Counted from the stretch's first letter, positions 20,784 through 31,873 are shown. The stretch is 64,000 nt of DNA from Nostoc sp. (GCA_036918135.1 JBALDB010000002.1:224001-288000); one strand, 5' to 3'. Numbers and translations: made by a program. The notes: generated from the sequence alone by a model not told the origin.

Positions 20784-22166
20784 TTATTTGGGACCAAGAA
20801 ATCGGGTAGCAAAGTTTTGCGATCGCGTCGGTGAAAGCGCCCGTGCTTTAAGAATTGCCGCCATCAAAAAGGCGTAAGATAACACTCCAACAATAACTAA
20901 TAGTAAGGCATTAATCGATCCGGTAGCATTCCAGAGAGCGTGGAGTGCAGCAGCACTCAGATAACCAATAGAAAGAATTTGCCAGCTTCTACTAGGCTTG
21001 AGGACAGCCAAACCGATAAAATAGCCCAAATAGCCACTGTAAGCCATGTGTCCTGCTACAGAGCCTAAAATTCGCGGAATTAGCAGTTGCAACCCCGCCA
21101 GTTGACCAGCAGCGCCGATACCTACTTGTTGTGTGACATTTTGAGTGATATCCGGCACATATTGACCGAGAGTTTCTAATAAAGTGAAGCCCACAGCAGA
21201 AGCCGTTCCCAGGAGGATACCATCTAGAGGTTCCCAAACACCTACACGTTCTCGCCAAGGTGAAGACAACATTCTCCCGATGGCAAATGCTCCAAGTACA
21301 GGTAATGCTTTAAGTAATTCTTCCATCAATCCAGCACCAAAAAACATCCGTACCAGCAACTCTGTGAAGGTGGTAGATTCTTGGGGTGAGGGCAAGTTTC
21401 CAGGCAATAGACCTCGAAACACGAAGATGAAGAAATCCAACAGCGGACTGAGCAAAATCAGCGTCGTACCCATAGCCGTAGCCATTAGCACCCACCACGG
21501 CTTTTGTTTACCGCAAAGTTGATAAACAAAATAATAGGCAGCGAAGGCAATGTAAGTGGCGACGATCACTTGATTCGCTTGGGGACGACCGACTGTAGCA
21601 AACATTAGTACTACAAAAATTACAGTCAGTATTCCTGGTACGAGGTATGCTTTGCGAGTTAAATCTTTACCAGTGGAAATAATCGGAAAAAGCTGAGTGA
21701 AGCTAACAGAATCAGGCTGCTTTAATTGCGTGTGGTTGTGGTAGTTCGTTGCTGAAGGCAGTGGTGTCAGTTGGTTAACAGTTGTCACCGGAGCTTGAGA
21801 GGTCAACTCGTACTCAAAAACGTATTGCGGCCCATCAGAACCTAAAGAAATGCGATCGCCTGGGTGCAATTCTTGACATTCATACAAGCGTTGTCCATTC
21901 AAATAAGTGCCATTAGCACTATTCAAATCACAAAGTACCCAGCTAAATTTGCTATCTGGAGATAAAGACAGGGGGCGAACCACCGCATGACGACGAGATA
22001 CCATTCGGTACGTCATGGCATCCAAGACAACTTGGCAGCTGGGGTCGCGTCCAATTACTATCTCTTTACTGGGGGACAGCCAGAAGCGAGACTCCGCTCC
22101 CAAAGCTGCTCCATTTCCAGACACTAGCCGCAGAAATGCATTATGTCTTGCGTTTTTGCCTGTCAT
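20784..22166 (-). CDS. FHA domain + PrsW-family intramembrane protease
   Basis: IGRDP..VSRRHA..S.NGTYLNG FHA; multiple TM segments; EELLK, GF...E, H...HALWN PrsW motifs. Confidence 0.9.
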   Translation of the reverse strand: MTGKNARHNAFLRLVSGNGAALGAESRFWLSPSKEIVIGRDPSCQVVLDAMTYRMVSRRHAVVRPLSLSPDSKFSWVLCDLNSANGTYLNGQRLYECQELHPGDRISLGSDGPQYVFEYELTSQAPVTTVNQLTPLPSATNYHNHTQLKQPDSVSFTQLFPIISTGKDLTRKAYLVPGILTVIFVVLMFATVGRPQANQVIVATYIAFAAYYFVYQLCGKQKPWWVLMATAMGTTLILLSPLLDFFIFVFRGLLPGNLPSPQESTTFTELLVRMFFGAGLMEELLKALPVLGAFAIGRMLSSPWRERVGVWEPLDGILLGTASAVGFTLLETLGQYVPDITQNVTQQVGIGAAGQLAGLQLLIPRILGSVAGHMAYSGYLGYFIGLAVLKPSRSWQILSIGYLSAAALHALWNATGSINALLLVIVGVLSYAFLMAAILKARALSPTRSQNFATRFLGPK

Positions 22167-22816
22167 TGAGTTAGAGTGCGTTTCTAAACTGATTCTTTAA
22201 ATAATTTGGTAGCAGGACTAACCTTAGCCACATCAACAGCAGCATTGCTAAATCCACTATAGCTTCACTTACTGCTAATAAATTTAAATTTCTAGATGCA
22301 AAATTTCAAATTTTTTCATTTATCTAAATGTTAATAAGTATTTCATCCACTCAGGCTTTCTCCTAAAACTTGGTTATTAGGTGGATAAATTGAGATTTTA
22401 TGGGTTATCTACTCTTGACATCCTAGCTGCAAATTCAATCCACCGCAATGTATTAAAAAAGTAGTTTTTACTGCATTTAGTTTCATGCAAAAAAGATATG
22501 ATTGCCAGTTATCTATTGTTAGTTATTTTTGCCACTAGTACTACAATGCAAAAGTCAAAACTCAAAAGTCAAAAGTCTTATGGACTGGGCTTTTTAGGGA
22601 TTTTTAATGATTGCTCATCTCGCAAAGTTATGAGCGGGGGGAACCGCCGCTCAACGCCACAAGATTCTGACGCAGGGCGCTGAGGTAGCAGTGGCTCAAC
22701 TTTGCGCTATTTACGCCGTGACGTACTAGTGATTGACTAAGCTTTGCGGTAGGGGAGTAGGGAGTAGTGGAAGAAACTGCCCCAAAGATTGAATTAAAAG
22801 ATTTCTTATCTTGTCT

Positions 22817-23419
22817 TTAAACAACTTTAGCTAATTCTGGGTGTTCAATCTTTGTTCCCAGTACTCTGAGGAATTCTGCCAGCCAACGCGGATGAGCAGG
22901 CCAAGCTGGTGCTGTCACCAAGTTACCGTCAACTATGGCTTCATCAACAGGGATATCAATATAAATGCCTCCAGCACTCTTGATATCTGGGCTACAAGCA
23001 GGGTAACCAGTACATCTTTTACCTTGTAATACATCAGCAGCTGCCAATAACTGCAAGCCGTGGCAAATAGCAGCAATAGGTTTATTCGCTTGAGCAAAGT
23101 GACGGGTAACTTCTAACACCTGCTGATTGAGACGGATATATTCTGGTGCCCGTCCTCCAGGAATTACTAAGGCATCATAATTTTCGGCTTTTACTTCTGT
23201 AAAGGTAGCATTTAAAGTAAAATTATGCCCAGGTTTTTCACTGTAAGTTTGGTCTCCTTCAAAGTCGTGAACTGCTGTTCGCACCTTGTCGCCAGCTTTT
23301 TTATTGGGGCAAACTGCATGAACAGTGTGTCCCACCATTTGCAACGCCTGGAAAGGAACCATTACTTCATAGTCTTCTACATAGTCCCCAACCAGCATTA
23401 AAAGTTTCTTTGCAGCCAT
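22817..23419 (-). CDS. DJ-1/PfpI family protein
   Basis: [12 protein letters not shown] and AICHG motifs. Confidence 0.92.
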   Translation of the reverse strand: MAAKKLLMLVGDYVEDYEVMVPFQALQMVGHTVHAVCPNKKAGDKVRTAVHDFEGDQTYSEKPGHNFTLNATFTEVKAENYDALVIPGGRAPEYIRLNQQVLEVTRHFAQANKPIAAICHGLQLLAAADVLQGKRCTGYPACSPDIKSAGGIYIDIPVDEAIVDGNLVTAPAWPAHPRWLAEFLRVLGTKIEHPELAKVV

Positions 23420-23814
23420 GTTTTTAGTATCCTCAGTTATTAGTTATTTATCATTTGTCATGGGTCATTTGTCATTTGTAATTGGGTATAGGGCATGGGG
23501 CATTGATTGTTAAGTTAAGACTTATTAATTTAACGAACGATAAAAGACAAAGAACAAATGACGAATGACAAAGGACTAATGACAGTCTTGACGCCAAAAT
23601 GTAGCAACCTAGACGCGCGTCGGCTAACGCGCTTGTGGGTAAATTTATCGATATATTACAGCACTAACTGTGCCATAATGGACTATTTTAAGGCTGCGAG
23701 TTAACAAAGTTTAACCCATTCTTGTATACTATTTGCTGGTTAGTGAAAGGCAACGGGTTTTTTGACAAAGGGCAAGAGAAACTATTGCCTATTACCCATT
23801 AATAGCCTCAAGTA

Positions 23815-23937
23815 TATAGCAGTCCTAAATCATTTGTGAAACCTTGCTGCTGTTGGTTGTTGAGTTTTAACAATTAACACTCAACAACCAACAGCCCCTA
23901 CCGATCCTTTTTACTTTCTCCTGCAAGGATTGCTATA
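23815..23937. mobile_element. MITE-like element with TATAGCA(G/A)TCC terminal inverted repeats
   Basis: TATAGCAGTCCT ... AGGATTGCTATA; related copy at 31739-31809 and a solo end at about 27590-27619. Confidence 0.6.
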
Positions 23938-23957
23938 TAACTAGTAACTGAGCTTAA

Positions 23958-24410
23958 TTAAAGCAGATTAAATTCTGCGATCGCTGTGGGAAAATTTTTG
24001 TTTTCATGGGCTGAACGACTAAGTTTGATTAAGGCAAAACGCTGTAATGGTCTTAAAACTGCCCATTTTTGCTGTGTTAGGACTACTCCTATTTCTTGAG
24101 CTTTTTCCTGGACGCTGGGTGGTACATTGGCAGAGTCCAGCCATGCAGGATGGGATTCTATAGGCAATTTGGCAACTGCTATGCCTGTACGTTGTAAAAT
24201 CAACTGCTCGATATATTCGCGGTAAGACTGAATTTCGGTTTCTGTAGTGCAAGGTAATTCGACTAAAGCTTGACGCTCTTTTGTAGTCATTTGATTCCAA
24301 TCAAACAGTTTTAGCTTAATGCCACAGGTATCTAATTTGCAGCGCACCTGCATCGGAATACAGCGCAGCGAATCAACAAAATCTGCTTCAAATTCAAAGA
24401 AATCTGTCAT
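23958..24410 (-). CDS. narM: Nitrate reductase-associated protein
   Basis: FEFEADF..SLRCIPM.VR.KLD.CGIKL and LQRFALIKL; downstream of narB. Confidence 0.85.
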   Translation of the reverse strand: MTDFFEFEADFVDSLRCIPMQVRCKLDTCGIKLKLFDWNQMTTKERQALVELPCTTETEIQSYREYIEQLILQRTGIAVAKLPIESHPAWLDSANVPPSVQEKAQEIGVVLTQQKWAVLRPLQRFALIKLSRSAHENKNFPTAIAEFNLL

Positions 24411-24559
24411 AGGAAATTATTGAAAATTAGGTCGTTATGATGTTGGCTGAATAACTTAAAATTTATAGGTAAGGGTGGGCAGTGTTGAGTAGAAAATAGC
24501 GAGTGGGAAAAGATTTTTATCAATGGACAACAGGTTATTAAGTCTGTTATTTAACATTT

Positions 24560-25018
24560 TTATTTAGAAGTACTGAAACGAATTATTAAATAACTAATTG
24601 ATAAGGCAAGAATAGCAATACCTAAACCAATTATATCAAGTCCTGGAACTTTTTCTAAGTCAAGAATAATAATTTTTCTGGCAACAGCAATTAAAGAGGT
24701 AACAATAACTAATTCAACTTGAATAACGTGTTTTCGCAAATAACCTGTGATGTTTTCTAAAATCTCTAAAGCAATTAAAATATTTAAAAATAAACCAAAT
24801 ATTTTATATAATGTTGTGTTAAATTTGCCATAAGGTATTGTAAATAATTCTTTATATAAAAAAAATCCTAAATCGCCGATCCCCACTAAAATTACAATTA
24901 CCATTAAAATAGATAGAACTTTAGAAACCAGCACTTCTACGTTTTCAATCATGTGCATGAAGTTCTGGTCTTTGGTAGATCCTAAAATTAACTTTACTAG
25001 CCTTTTCATGTCCTGCAC
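24560..25018 (-). CDS. PsiE-like membrane protein
   Basis: Four TM segments; LIALE..ENIT.Y and LIAVARKIIILD. Confidence 0.8.
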   Translation of the reverse strand: MQDMKRLVKLILGSTKDQNFMHMIENVEVLVSKVLSILMVIVILVGIGDLGFFLYKELFTIPYGKFNTTLYKIFGLFLNILIALEILENITGYLRKHVIQVELVIVTSLIAVARKIIILDLEKVPGLDIIGLGIAILALSISYLIIRFSTSK

Positions 25019-25311
25019 CTGATTCTAAAATAAAATCCCATAGATATAAAAATCTAGAGGATTAAAAAAGATGACTGATTAATAGTCTTCAATTAGTGGC
25101 GGGTTTGAATCCCCCCACTAAAAGATTGCTGGATTCACCAATTCTGACTTGTGAATTCTTCTTCAACAAAATTTTACCTCCTTAGATATAGTAATTGGTA
25201 ACAGTCACCAGTTGAGATACGTAAAAAATAATGATAACTATTGACTATTGATTATTGATTAAATTACCTATTGCTGACTACCAATTACTGATTGAAACTT
25301 AGACTTAGCAG

Positions 25312-27525
25312 CTAGTGTTGTGAGGATTGGAGTTGATAATTTTCAACTGTAACTTCCACAGAAATTGGTATTAATTGCACCGCACAGGCTTTTAATTCTG
25401 GTTGTAGGGAATCAGGGCAAGATTCGGGATGGGTGAGGGCATTAGCTTCGGCATTATCTGCCCACAAAGAACCCCAGTGCATGGGGACAAAAACTGTACC
25501 AGGTGCGATCGCCTTTGTCACTTTAGCAGCAAACTTAGCTTTACCTCGACGCGATCGCACTTCTACACACTGATTATCTACAATGCCTAAGCGAGCAGCA
25601 TCACGCGGATGAATTTCGATAAATGGTTCGGGATGCATTTTGCAAATTTTTTCAATCCGCCCAGTGCGTGTCTGAGTGTGCCAATGACCGTAAACTCGTC
25701 CAGTAGTTAATACAAAAGGATAATCAGGGTTTGGTGGTTCTGCCAATCCCTTGGAGTAATATGCCCCAAATCTAGCGCGTCCGTCAGGAGTGTGGAAGCG
25801 CAAGTTAGTGTATAACCGCTTTCCAAAGGTTTCTCCCCCTGCTTCCCCTGCTCCTCTGCTCCCCCTGCTCTCTTCCAGGTGAGGCCATTGAGTCGGGCCT
25901 TGTGCTTGTAATTGTGCGTGACTAATACCCGTCATCTCGCACGGGCGATTTTTAGTTAGTTGGGCAAACTCAGCGTAAACCTCAGCCGAGTTAGCAAAGT
26001 TAAATTCTCTTGCAAAACCGAGTCGGCGACCAACTTCAGCAAAAATTTCCCAATCTGCTTTCGCTTCTAGTGGCGGTTGACGGAAGGCTTGACATAGAGT
26101 CACCGTTCGTTCGGAGTTAGTCATCACACCAGTTTTTTCGCCCCATTGGGCTGCTGGTAGCAGAAGATGGGCATAGGCAGAGGTTTCTGTGGGATAATAA
26201 GCGTCTTGGTAGATGGTAAAAGGCGATCGCAACAATGCCTTCTTCGTCCGCTCTAAATCTGGCATACTCACAGCCGGATTAGTCGCAGCAATCCATAGTA
26301 AGCTTACAGCATTGTTTTCCAGCCCAGTAATCATTTCCCAAGCATTCAAACCAGGATGGGGCGAAATCTGTCCTGGTTTGAGTCCCCAAAACTCCTCAAC
26401 TTCTGCACGGTGCTGGGGATTCTTTATTACCCGATAACCCGGTAATAGATGTGCCAAACCCCCAGCTTCCCGTCCTCCCATCGCGTTTGGCTGACCAGTG
26501 AGTGAAAAAGGCCCAGCCCCAGGTTTACCAACTTGTCCGGTCATCAGGTGCAGGTTAATGATGGTTCTCACCTTAGCCGTTCCTTCGGAGGATTGATTTA
26601 CACCCATTGACCACAACGACAACACCCGTTGTGATTGACCCCAATAACGAGCTGCTGTTTCTAAATCTTCAATACTAATCCCACATTCACGAGCTACCAC
26701 TTCTGGGGGATAATGACGAATTACCTCAGCGTATGCCGGAAAGTTACTGGTACACTCGTCCATAAACAACGTATCAACGTAGTTCCAACGCATCAACAAA
26801 TGAGCGATACCGTTCAATAAGTCGATATCTGTACCTGGACGAATCGCTAAATGCAAATCTGCGGCTTCTGCGGTTGGTGTGCGACGGGGATCGACCACAA
26901 TCATTTTCACTTTGCGGTTCTTTTTGTGATATTTTGCCAGTCGGTTGAAAACGATTGGGTGACATTCAGCTGTATTGGTGCCAATCAAAAATGCACAGTC
27001 GGTCAACTCCAAGTCTTCGTAACAGCAAGGAGGGCCATCTGAGCCAAAGCTTTGAATATATCCAGCCACAGCGCTAGACATACATAAACGGGAGTTTGCA
27101 TCAAAATTATTGCTACCCAAACACCCTTTGATGAATTTCTGGGCTATGTAATAATCCTCGGTTTGGAACTGACCAGAACCATACATACATATAGCTTCTG
27201 GCCCTTGAGTGAAACGCACAGTTTGAAGGCGTTGGGTGATGAGATCGAAAGCTTCATCCCAACTAATGCGCCGAAACTCTTGATCTAAGGAGTCTCGTAC
27301 CATTGGGTAATGTAATCTATTTTTATCTAAAGATTCGGCGATCGTTGCGCCTTTGACACAAACCATACCCTGACTCGATGGATGAGTTTTATCGCCCCGT
27401 ACCCGCCAAATTGGATTTCCTTGGTTATCTCGATTGGTTGCTTTGCCAAGTTGGGCTGGGGGCGAAACTTCTAGTCCACAACCGACACCACAGTAAGGAC
27501 AAAGGGTTTTGGTAAATTCACTCAT
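25312..27525 (-). CDS. narB: Ferredoxin-dependent assimilatory nitrate reductase
   Basis: CPYCGVGC...CVKG Fe-S motif, [16 protein letters not shown] and molybdopterin-binding C-terminus. Confidence 0.96.
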   Translation of the reverse strand: MSEFTKTLCPYCGVGCGLEVSPPAQLGKATNRDNQGNPIWRVRGDKTHPSSQGMVCVKGATIAESLDKNRLHYPMVRDSLDQEFRRISWDEAFDLITQRLQTVRFTQGPEAICMYGSGQFQTEDYYIAQKFIKGCLGSNNFDANSRLCMSSAVAGYIQSFGSDGPPCCYEDLELTDCAFLIGTNTAECHPIVFNRLAKYHKKNRKVKMIVVDPRRTPTAEAADLHLAIRPGTDIDLLNGIAHLLMRWNYVDTLFMDECTSNFPAYAEVIRHYPPEVVARECGISIEDLETAARYWGQSQRVLSLWSMGVNQSSEGTAKVRTIINLHLMTGQVGKPGAGPFSLTGQPNAMGGREAGGLAHLLPGYRVIKNPQHRAEVEEFWGLKPGQISPHPGLNAWEMITGLENNAVSLLWIAATNPAVSMPDLERTKKALLRSPFTIYQDAYYPTETSAYAHLLLPAAQWGEKTGVMTNSERTVTLCQAFRQPPLEAKADWEIFAEVGRRLGFAREFNFANSAEVYAEFAQLTKNRPCEMTGISHAQLQAQGPTQWPHLEESRGSRGAGEAGGETFGKRLYTNLRFHTPDGRARFGAYYSKGLAEPPNPDYPFVLTTGRVYGHWHTQTRTGRIEKICKMHPEPFIEIHPRDAARLGIVDNQCVEVRSRRGKAKFAAKVTKAIAPGTVFVPMHWGSLWADNAEANALTHPESCPDSLQPELKACAVQLIPISVEVTVENYQLQSSQH

Positions 27526-27719
27526 GGTAGTTGTAGTTTTTTGTTAACTGTTGACTGTTAACAGTTGACAGTCAACAGTCACCACTTGTATTTTTCACAA
27601 CTCAAATAGGATTGCTATATTGAGTGTTTATAAATTGAAAATTGCTATTCCTTCTCTGTGCATTTACAGGGCGAACCAAATTCGGATTTTCACTCTGCAA
27701 TGCTTAATTGATGAATCGA

Positions 27720-29213
27720 TTACTCTTCGGTTAACAAGATAGCAGTCGAAGTTTCTGATAGTTGACTTTTATCAACACCAAAGGAATTTTTCGGTTCTTT
27801 GAGGAAGAAGGCACACATAAAAGCGCAAACTAAAGCAGCTAAACCCATTGTGCTAAATAGCGTTGGCGCGTCAGTTAAGCTAAAAATTGTCAGATAAACT
27901 ACGCCGCCAAAATTACCGTAAGCTCCGACGTTACCAGCTATTTGTCCTGTGACTTCCTTTTTAATTAGAGGTACGATGCTATAGGTTGCACCGCAGCCAG
28001 CTTGAGCAAAGTAAGCGGCAAACATTGTAACTGCGATCGCTAGCGGAATCGGCCAGTTACTATTAATAAAATGTGCCATCAAGTAGCCAATACCAATGCC
28101 CGCACTGATAATTGTCATTGTCCATTTACGCGAGCCAAATTTATCAGAAATTAATCCACCGCTAGGACGAGAAATTAAATTTAAAAAGGGATAGGTTGCG
28201 GCAATCATGCCTGCTATAACATGTTCTAAACCAAAGGTTTTTTCAAAAAATGCCGGGAGCATGGAAACAGCAGCAAGTTCGGAACCAAAGTTAGTTGTGT
28301 AAGTAAATTCGAGTAATGCTACTTGACCAAATTGAAAGCGTTCTGCTAGCGGGTAAGTTTTCTTGCCAATTAAAAGTTCCCGATTTACCTGCCAAGCTTT
28401 GTAACTTTGGTAAATAAATAATCCCGCTAATAACAACCAAGCAAGATACATTTGACTCAAAGTTAAGAAGTGAATATTCTTTTGTTCCAAGCGCCAAGCT
28501 AATAAACCTAAGGCGAAAATTAAACCAAAATTCGAGACAATCATCGCCCAAAAACTTTTAATGCTGGTTACTTCTAAAGCTCCATTTTTGTGAGGTTTCT
28601 TATAGACTTTACCAGGGGGCGTATCTTGGACGGTATTGTAATAAATTACGCCATAGATGGCGGCAACAATTCCGGTAAAAGCGATCGCTAATCGCCAATT
28701 AGAAGCACCACCAGCCAAAAAGCTAGTAGAAACTGCAATCATCGGTAAAGCAAACTCCGCACCAAAAGCTCCAAAGTTACCCCAACCGCCGTAAATACCT
28801 TGAGCAATTCCCATCTCCTTCGGCTGGAACCATTCCGCCACCATCCGAATACCGACGACAAACCCAGATCCGACAATTCCCATCAGCAAACGACTGATGA
28901 CTAATTGATTAAAATCTTGTGCTAGCGCCGTCGCCAAACAAGGAACAGCCGCAAACATCAGCAGCATTGCATAGGTGATTCTTGGCCCGAAACGATCCAA
29001 AAGCATCCCAATAATTAGCCGCGCCGGAATTGTCAAAGCAAGGTTACAGATGGCCAAAGTTTTAATTTGTTCGGGCGCTAAATCTAGTTGTTTGCCAATA
29101 GTTGTGGCGAAGGGAGCAAAATTAAACCAACAGACAAAAGTCAGAAAAAAAGCAAACCAAGTCTGATGTAAGATGCGATAGCGATCGCTGAATGAAAATA
29201 ATCCTTTTAGCAT
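27720..29213 (-). CDS. nrtP: MFS nitrate/nitrite permease (NarK/NRT2 family)
   Basis: TWFAFF..F..WF, GIYGGWGNFG and GNVGAYGNFGG nitrate signatures; likely start ATG 29213 (MLKGLF, 497 aa), not the TTG inside the upstream repeat array. Confidence 0.92.
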   Translation of the reverse strand: MLKGLFSFSDRYRILHQTWFAFFLTFVCWFNFAPFATTIGKQLDLAPEQIKTLAICNLALTIPARLIIGMLLDRFGPRITYAMLLMFAAVPCLATALAQDFNQLVISRLLMGIVGSGFVVGIRMVAEWFQPKEMGIAQGIYGGWGNFGAFGAEFALPMIAVSTSFLAGGASNWRLAIAFTGIVAAIYGVIYYNTVQDTPPGKVYKKPHKNGALEVTSIKSFWAMIVSNFGLIFALGLLAWRLEQKNIHFLTLSQMYLAWLLLAGLFIYQSYKAWQVNRELLIGKKTYPLAERFQFGQVALLEFTYTTNFGSELAAVSMLPAFFEKTFGLEHVIAGMIAATYPFLNLISRPSGGLISDKFGSRKWTMTIISAGIGIGYLMAHFINSNWPIPLAIAVTMFAAYFAQAGCGATYSIVPLIKKEVTGQIAGNVGAYGNFGGVVYLTIFSLTDAPTLFSTMGLAALVCAFMCAFFLKEPKNSFGVDKSQLSETSTAILLTEE

Positions 29214-29264
29214 TTTAATCTTTCTAAGAGAGGTGGGATTGGGGACTGGGGACTCAGAAGAATT

Positions 29265-29582
29265 CCTAGCTCCATTAATGGAGTTCAAATACTCTTTAAT
29301 GGAGTTCAAAGCTTCATTAACGGAGTTCAAAGCTTCATTAACGGAGTTCAAAGCTTCATTAATGGAGTTCAAAGCTTCATTAACGGAGTTCAAAGCCTCA
29401 TTAATGCAGTTCAAAGCCTCATTAATGCAGTTCAAAGCCTCATTAACGGAGTTCAAAGCCTCATTAACGGAGTTCAAAGCCTCATTAACGGAGTTCAAAG
29501 CCTCATTAATGGAGTTCAAAGCCTCATTAATGGAGTTCAAAGCCTCATTAATGGAGTTCAAAGCTTCATTAATGGAGTTCAA
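29265..29582. repeat. Tandem array of about 15 x 21-bp units
   Basis: Unit CATTAAYGSAGTTCAAAGCYT; 13 near-perfect and 2 degenerate units; flanked by STRR heptamers (GGGGA[C/T]T, ATTGGG[T/G]). Confidence 0.97.
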
Positions 29583-29695
29583 AGCTTTGGCTATTGGGTA
29601 TTGGGGATTGGGTATTAGGCACTAACAAAGTATTCTTAAATATTTATTTGCTTAGTCCCCAGCGATGCACTGAAGCTCACCCGAAGTGTCCCCAG

Positions 29696-31300
29696 TTAAC
29701 TACCAACTACTAAAGCTTCTTGCTTGAGTTTTGCCCCAAAGTTTTCGATGAGTAAATCTTGCAATATTGGCTGTAAGTCTTCGCAGGGTATGCCTTTAAT
29801 AATGCAAGTTCCGAGATGGGCATCTTTACCAACTTTGCCGCCCATATATATGTCAACGCCTTCCAAGGTTTTACCATTTTTACGAGTTTTAGTTCCCATT
29901 AAACCGATGTCTGCAACTTGGGGTTGTCCGCAGGAGTTGGGGCAACCAGTCCAATGAATTCGCACCGGATGGCTGAAAGTTAACTCTGCTTCTAAGGCTT
30001 TAATCATTGCTAGGGCACGGTTTTTGGTTTCGATGAGGGCAAAGTTGCAAAATTGTGCGCCTGTGCAAGATACTAGCGATCGCGTTAGCAAATCTGGGTT
30101 AATCGAAAACCTTTCTAGTAATGGTTCTGTTAAAAATGTTGCTAATCGTGAGTCGGCAATGTTGGGGATAACGATGTTTTGTTCGACGGTAAAGCGGATT
30201 TCGCCACTACCGTAAACTTCTGCTAAACGTGCAATTTCAAACATATCATCGGCATACAGCCGACCAACAGGAATATGCAAACCTGCGTAATTTAATTCTG
30301 GTTGCTTTTGTTTATACACCCCGATGTGGTCGCGTTTTTCCCAGTCGATTTCGTCTTTTGCGGCTGCGGGTAACAATGATTTACCCAAACGGGTTTCTAC
30401 TTCAGTCCGAAACTTTTCTAAACCCCATTCATCAATCAGCCACATCAGCCGGGATTTTTGCCGATTAGCACGTAAGCCGCGATCGCGATAAACTTCTAAA
30501 ACAGCTCTACATACAGCTACCACATCTTCTGGAGCTACCCAAGCATTCAGAGGAATCGCCGCTTCACAACGTTTAGCTGAGAAAAAACCACCGACGAGGA
30601 TGTTAAAGCCGAAAAGTTTAGAAGGGAAATTTTGCTCCTCTGCTCCCCCGCTCCCCTGCTCCCCTGCTTCCTTAAATGCTGGCACGAAAGCTAAATCATT
30701 AATCTCTGCATGAACTGAGTTGTCTCTTCCACCAGCGATCGCAATGTTAAACTTCCTTGGTAGATTGGTAAACTCTGGGTTTCCTTGGCCTTTGTTGGTG
30801 AGCATATCTTGAATTTGCTGTACCAACTCTCGTGTGTCGTACAACTCATCTGCATCTAACCCAGCCACAGGGTCACCTGTGATATTGCGGACGTTATCCA
30901 TCCCTGACTGGACGCTGGTTAAACCAACTGCGTCAAATCTATTAAAGATATCTGGTAAATCTCCAATTCTGATTCCCCGCAATTGAATATTCTGTCTGGT
31001 AGTAATATCAGCATTACCGTCATCACCGTAACGCTGCACTACTTGGGCTAAAACACGCATCTGAGTACTGGTGAGAATACCGTTAGGCATCCGCAACCGC
31101 ATCATAAATTTGCCTGGGGTAACTGGGCGAAAAAATACACCCAGCCATTTGAGTCGATGATCTCGGTCTGTTTCGTCCATTGCTTCCCAGCCCAAGGCGG
31201 CAAATTTCTCTATCTCAGCCTTAACGGCGAGTCCATCTTTTTCTGCCTTGAATTTCTCGAATTTATTCAGGCTGGTGGTAGTTGGTGTGTCTGTCATCAC
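29696..31300 (-). CDS. nirA: Ferredoxin-nitrite reductase
   Basis: TTRQNIQLRG, LPRKFNIA, CTGAQFC and GCPNSCG siroheme/Fe-S ligands. Confidence 0.97.
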   Translation of the reverse strand: MMTDTPTTTSLNKFEKFKAEKDGLAVKAEIEKFAALGWEAMDETDRDHRLKWLGVFFRPVTPGKFMMRLRMPNGILTSTQMRVLAQVVQRYGDDGNADITTRQNIQLRGIRIGDLPDIFNRFDAVGLTSVQSGMDNVRNITGDPVAGLDADELYDTRELVQQIQDMLTNKGQGNPEFTNLPRKFNIAIAGGRDNSVHAEINDLAFVPAFKEAGEQGSGGAEEQNFPSKLFGFNILVGGFFSAKRCEAAIPLNAWVAPEDVVAVCRAVLEVYRDRGLRANRQKSRLMWLIDEWGLEKFRTEVETRLGKSLLPAAAKDEIDWEKRDHIGVYKQKQPELNYAGLHIPVGRLYADDMFEIARLAEVYGSGEIRFTVEQNIVIPNIADSRLATFLTEPLLERFSINPDLLTRSLVSCTGAQFCNFALIETKNRALAMIKALEAELTFSHPVRIHWTGCPNSCGQPQVADIGLMGTKTRKNGKTLEGVDIYMGGKVGKDAHLGTCIIKGIPCEDLQPILQDLLIENFGAKLKQEALVVGS

Positions 31301-31569
31301 GCTGACTCTCGTTGCAAATTACTAATAAGCGTAAAAATTTGTGCTAATTACCCAATATCAATCAACTTGTAGTCCCAACATTTGCTGTGTCTACAAGGAT
31401 TAGAGATGAAAAACTTAATATTTGGTTATGACTGATTATTTATACTCCAAAGCATTCCAACGCAAAACTTAAAATCCGTGGTTAGTTCAAGCAAATTTGT
31501 CGTCATTGATATCTTGGGAATTTGTCAAGCAGGTTTAGATACTGTTGGTGTAACAATTTCGATTCTCAT

Positions 31570-31611
31570 AACTTAAGGTAAGATTTTTGTTAAAATCGTA
31601 TAAGATGTTAC
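31570..31611 (-). promoter_or_regulatory. Canonical NtcA-activated promoter of the nir operon
   Basis: GTA-TAAGATGT-TAC (31598-31611), 22-nt spacer, -10 TAAGTT (31575-31570). Confidence 0.88.
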
Positions 31612-31626
31612 GATTTTTCAGTAAAA

Positions 31627-31663
31627 ATGCAGAAAATGTATTAAATATATGCACATTTTGCAT
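31627..31663. promoter_or_regulatory. Two LysR-type (NtcB-like) dyad boxes upstream of the NtcA site
   Basis: ATGCAGAAAATGTAT (31627-31641) and the perfect dyad ATGCA-CATTT-TGCAT (31649-31663), both AT-N11-AT. Confidence 0.65.
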
Positions 31664-31873
31664 CAAATTCCCCAGTAAGTAATATCAAACCCTTGCATAA
31701 AAGGTATTTAAGAGAACTGAAGTAATTTTGGATTAGGATATAGCAATCCAATTTGAGTTGTAAAAATTTTCCTGCTGGTCGTCCTTGGGCGTTGTTTAGG
31801 ACTGGTATAGTTTAATTCAGAATCAAAAATCTGTTTTCAAAAGCTTTGAGCATTAGATATTATTTCAACAGTT

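Noticed and set aside
20583..20834. 83-aa ORF
   Set aside because: Composed of STRR and nested small dispersed repeats; no coding signature
29265..29582. CRISPR array
   Set aside because: Units are contiguous with no unique spacers, and no cas genes are present
29233..29625. 130-aa plus-strand ORF (EFKASL repeats) as a real gene
   Set aside because: Open only because of the 21-bp periodicity; antisense to the nir operon and bounded by STRR sequence
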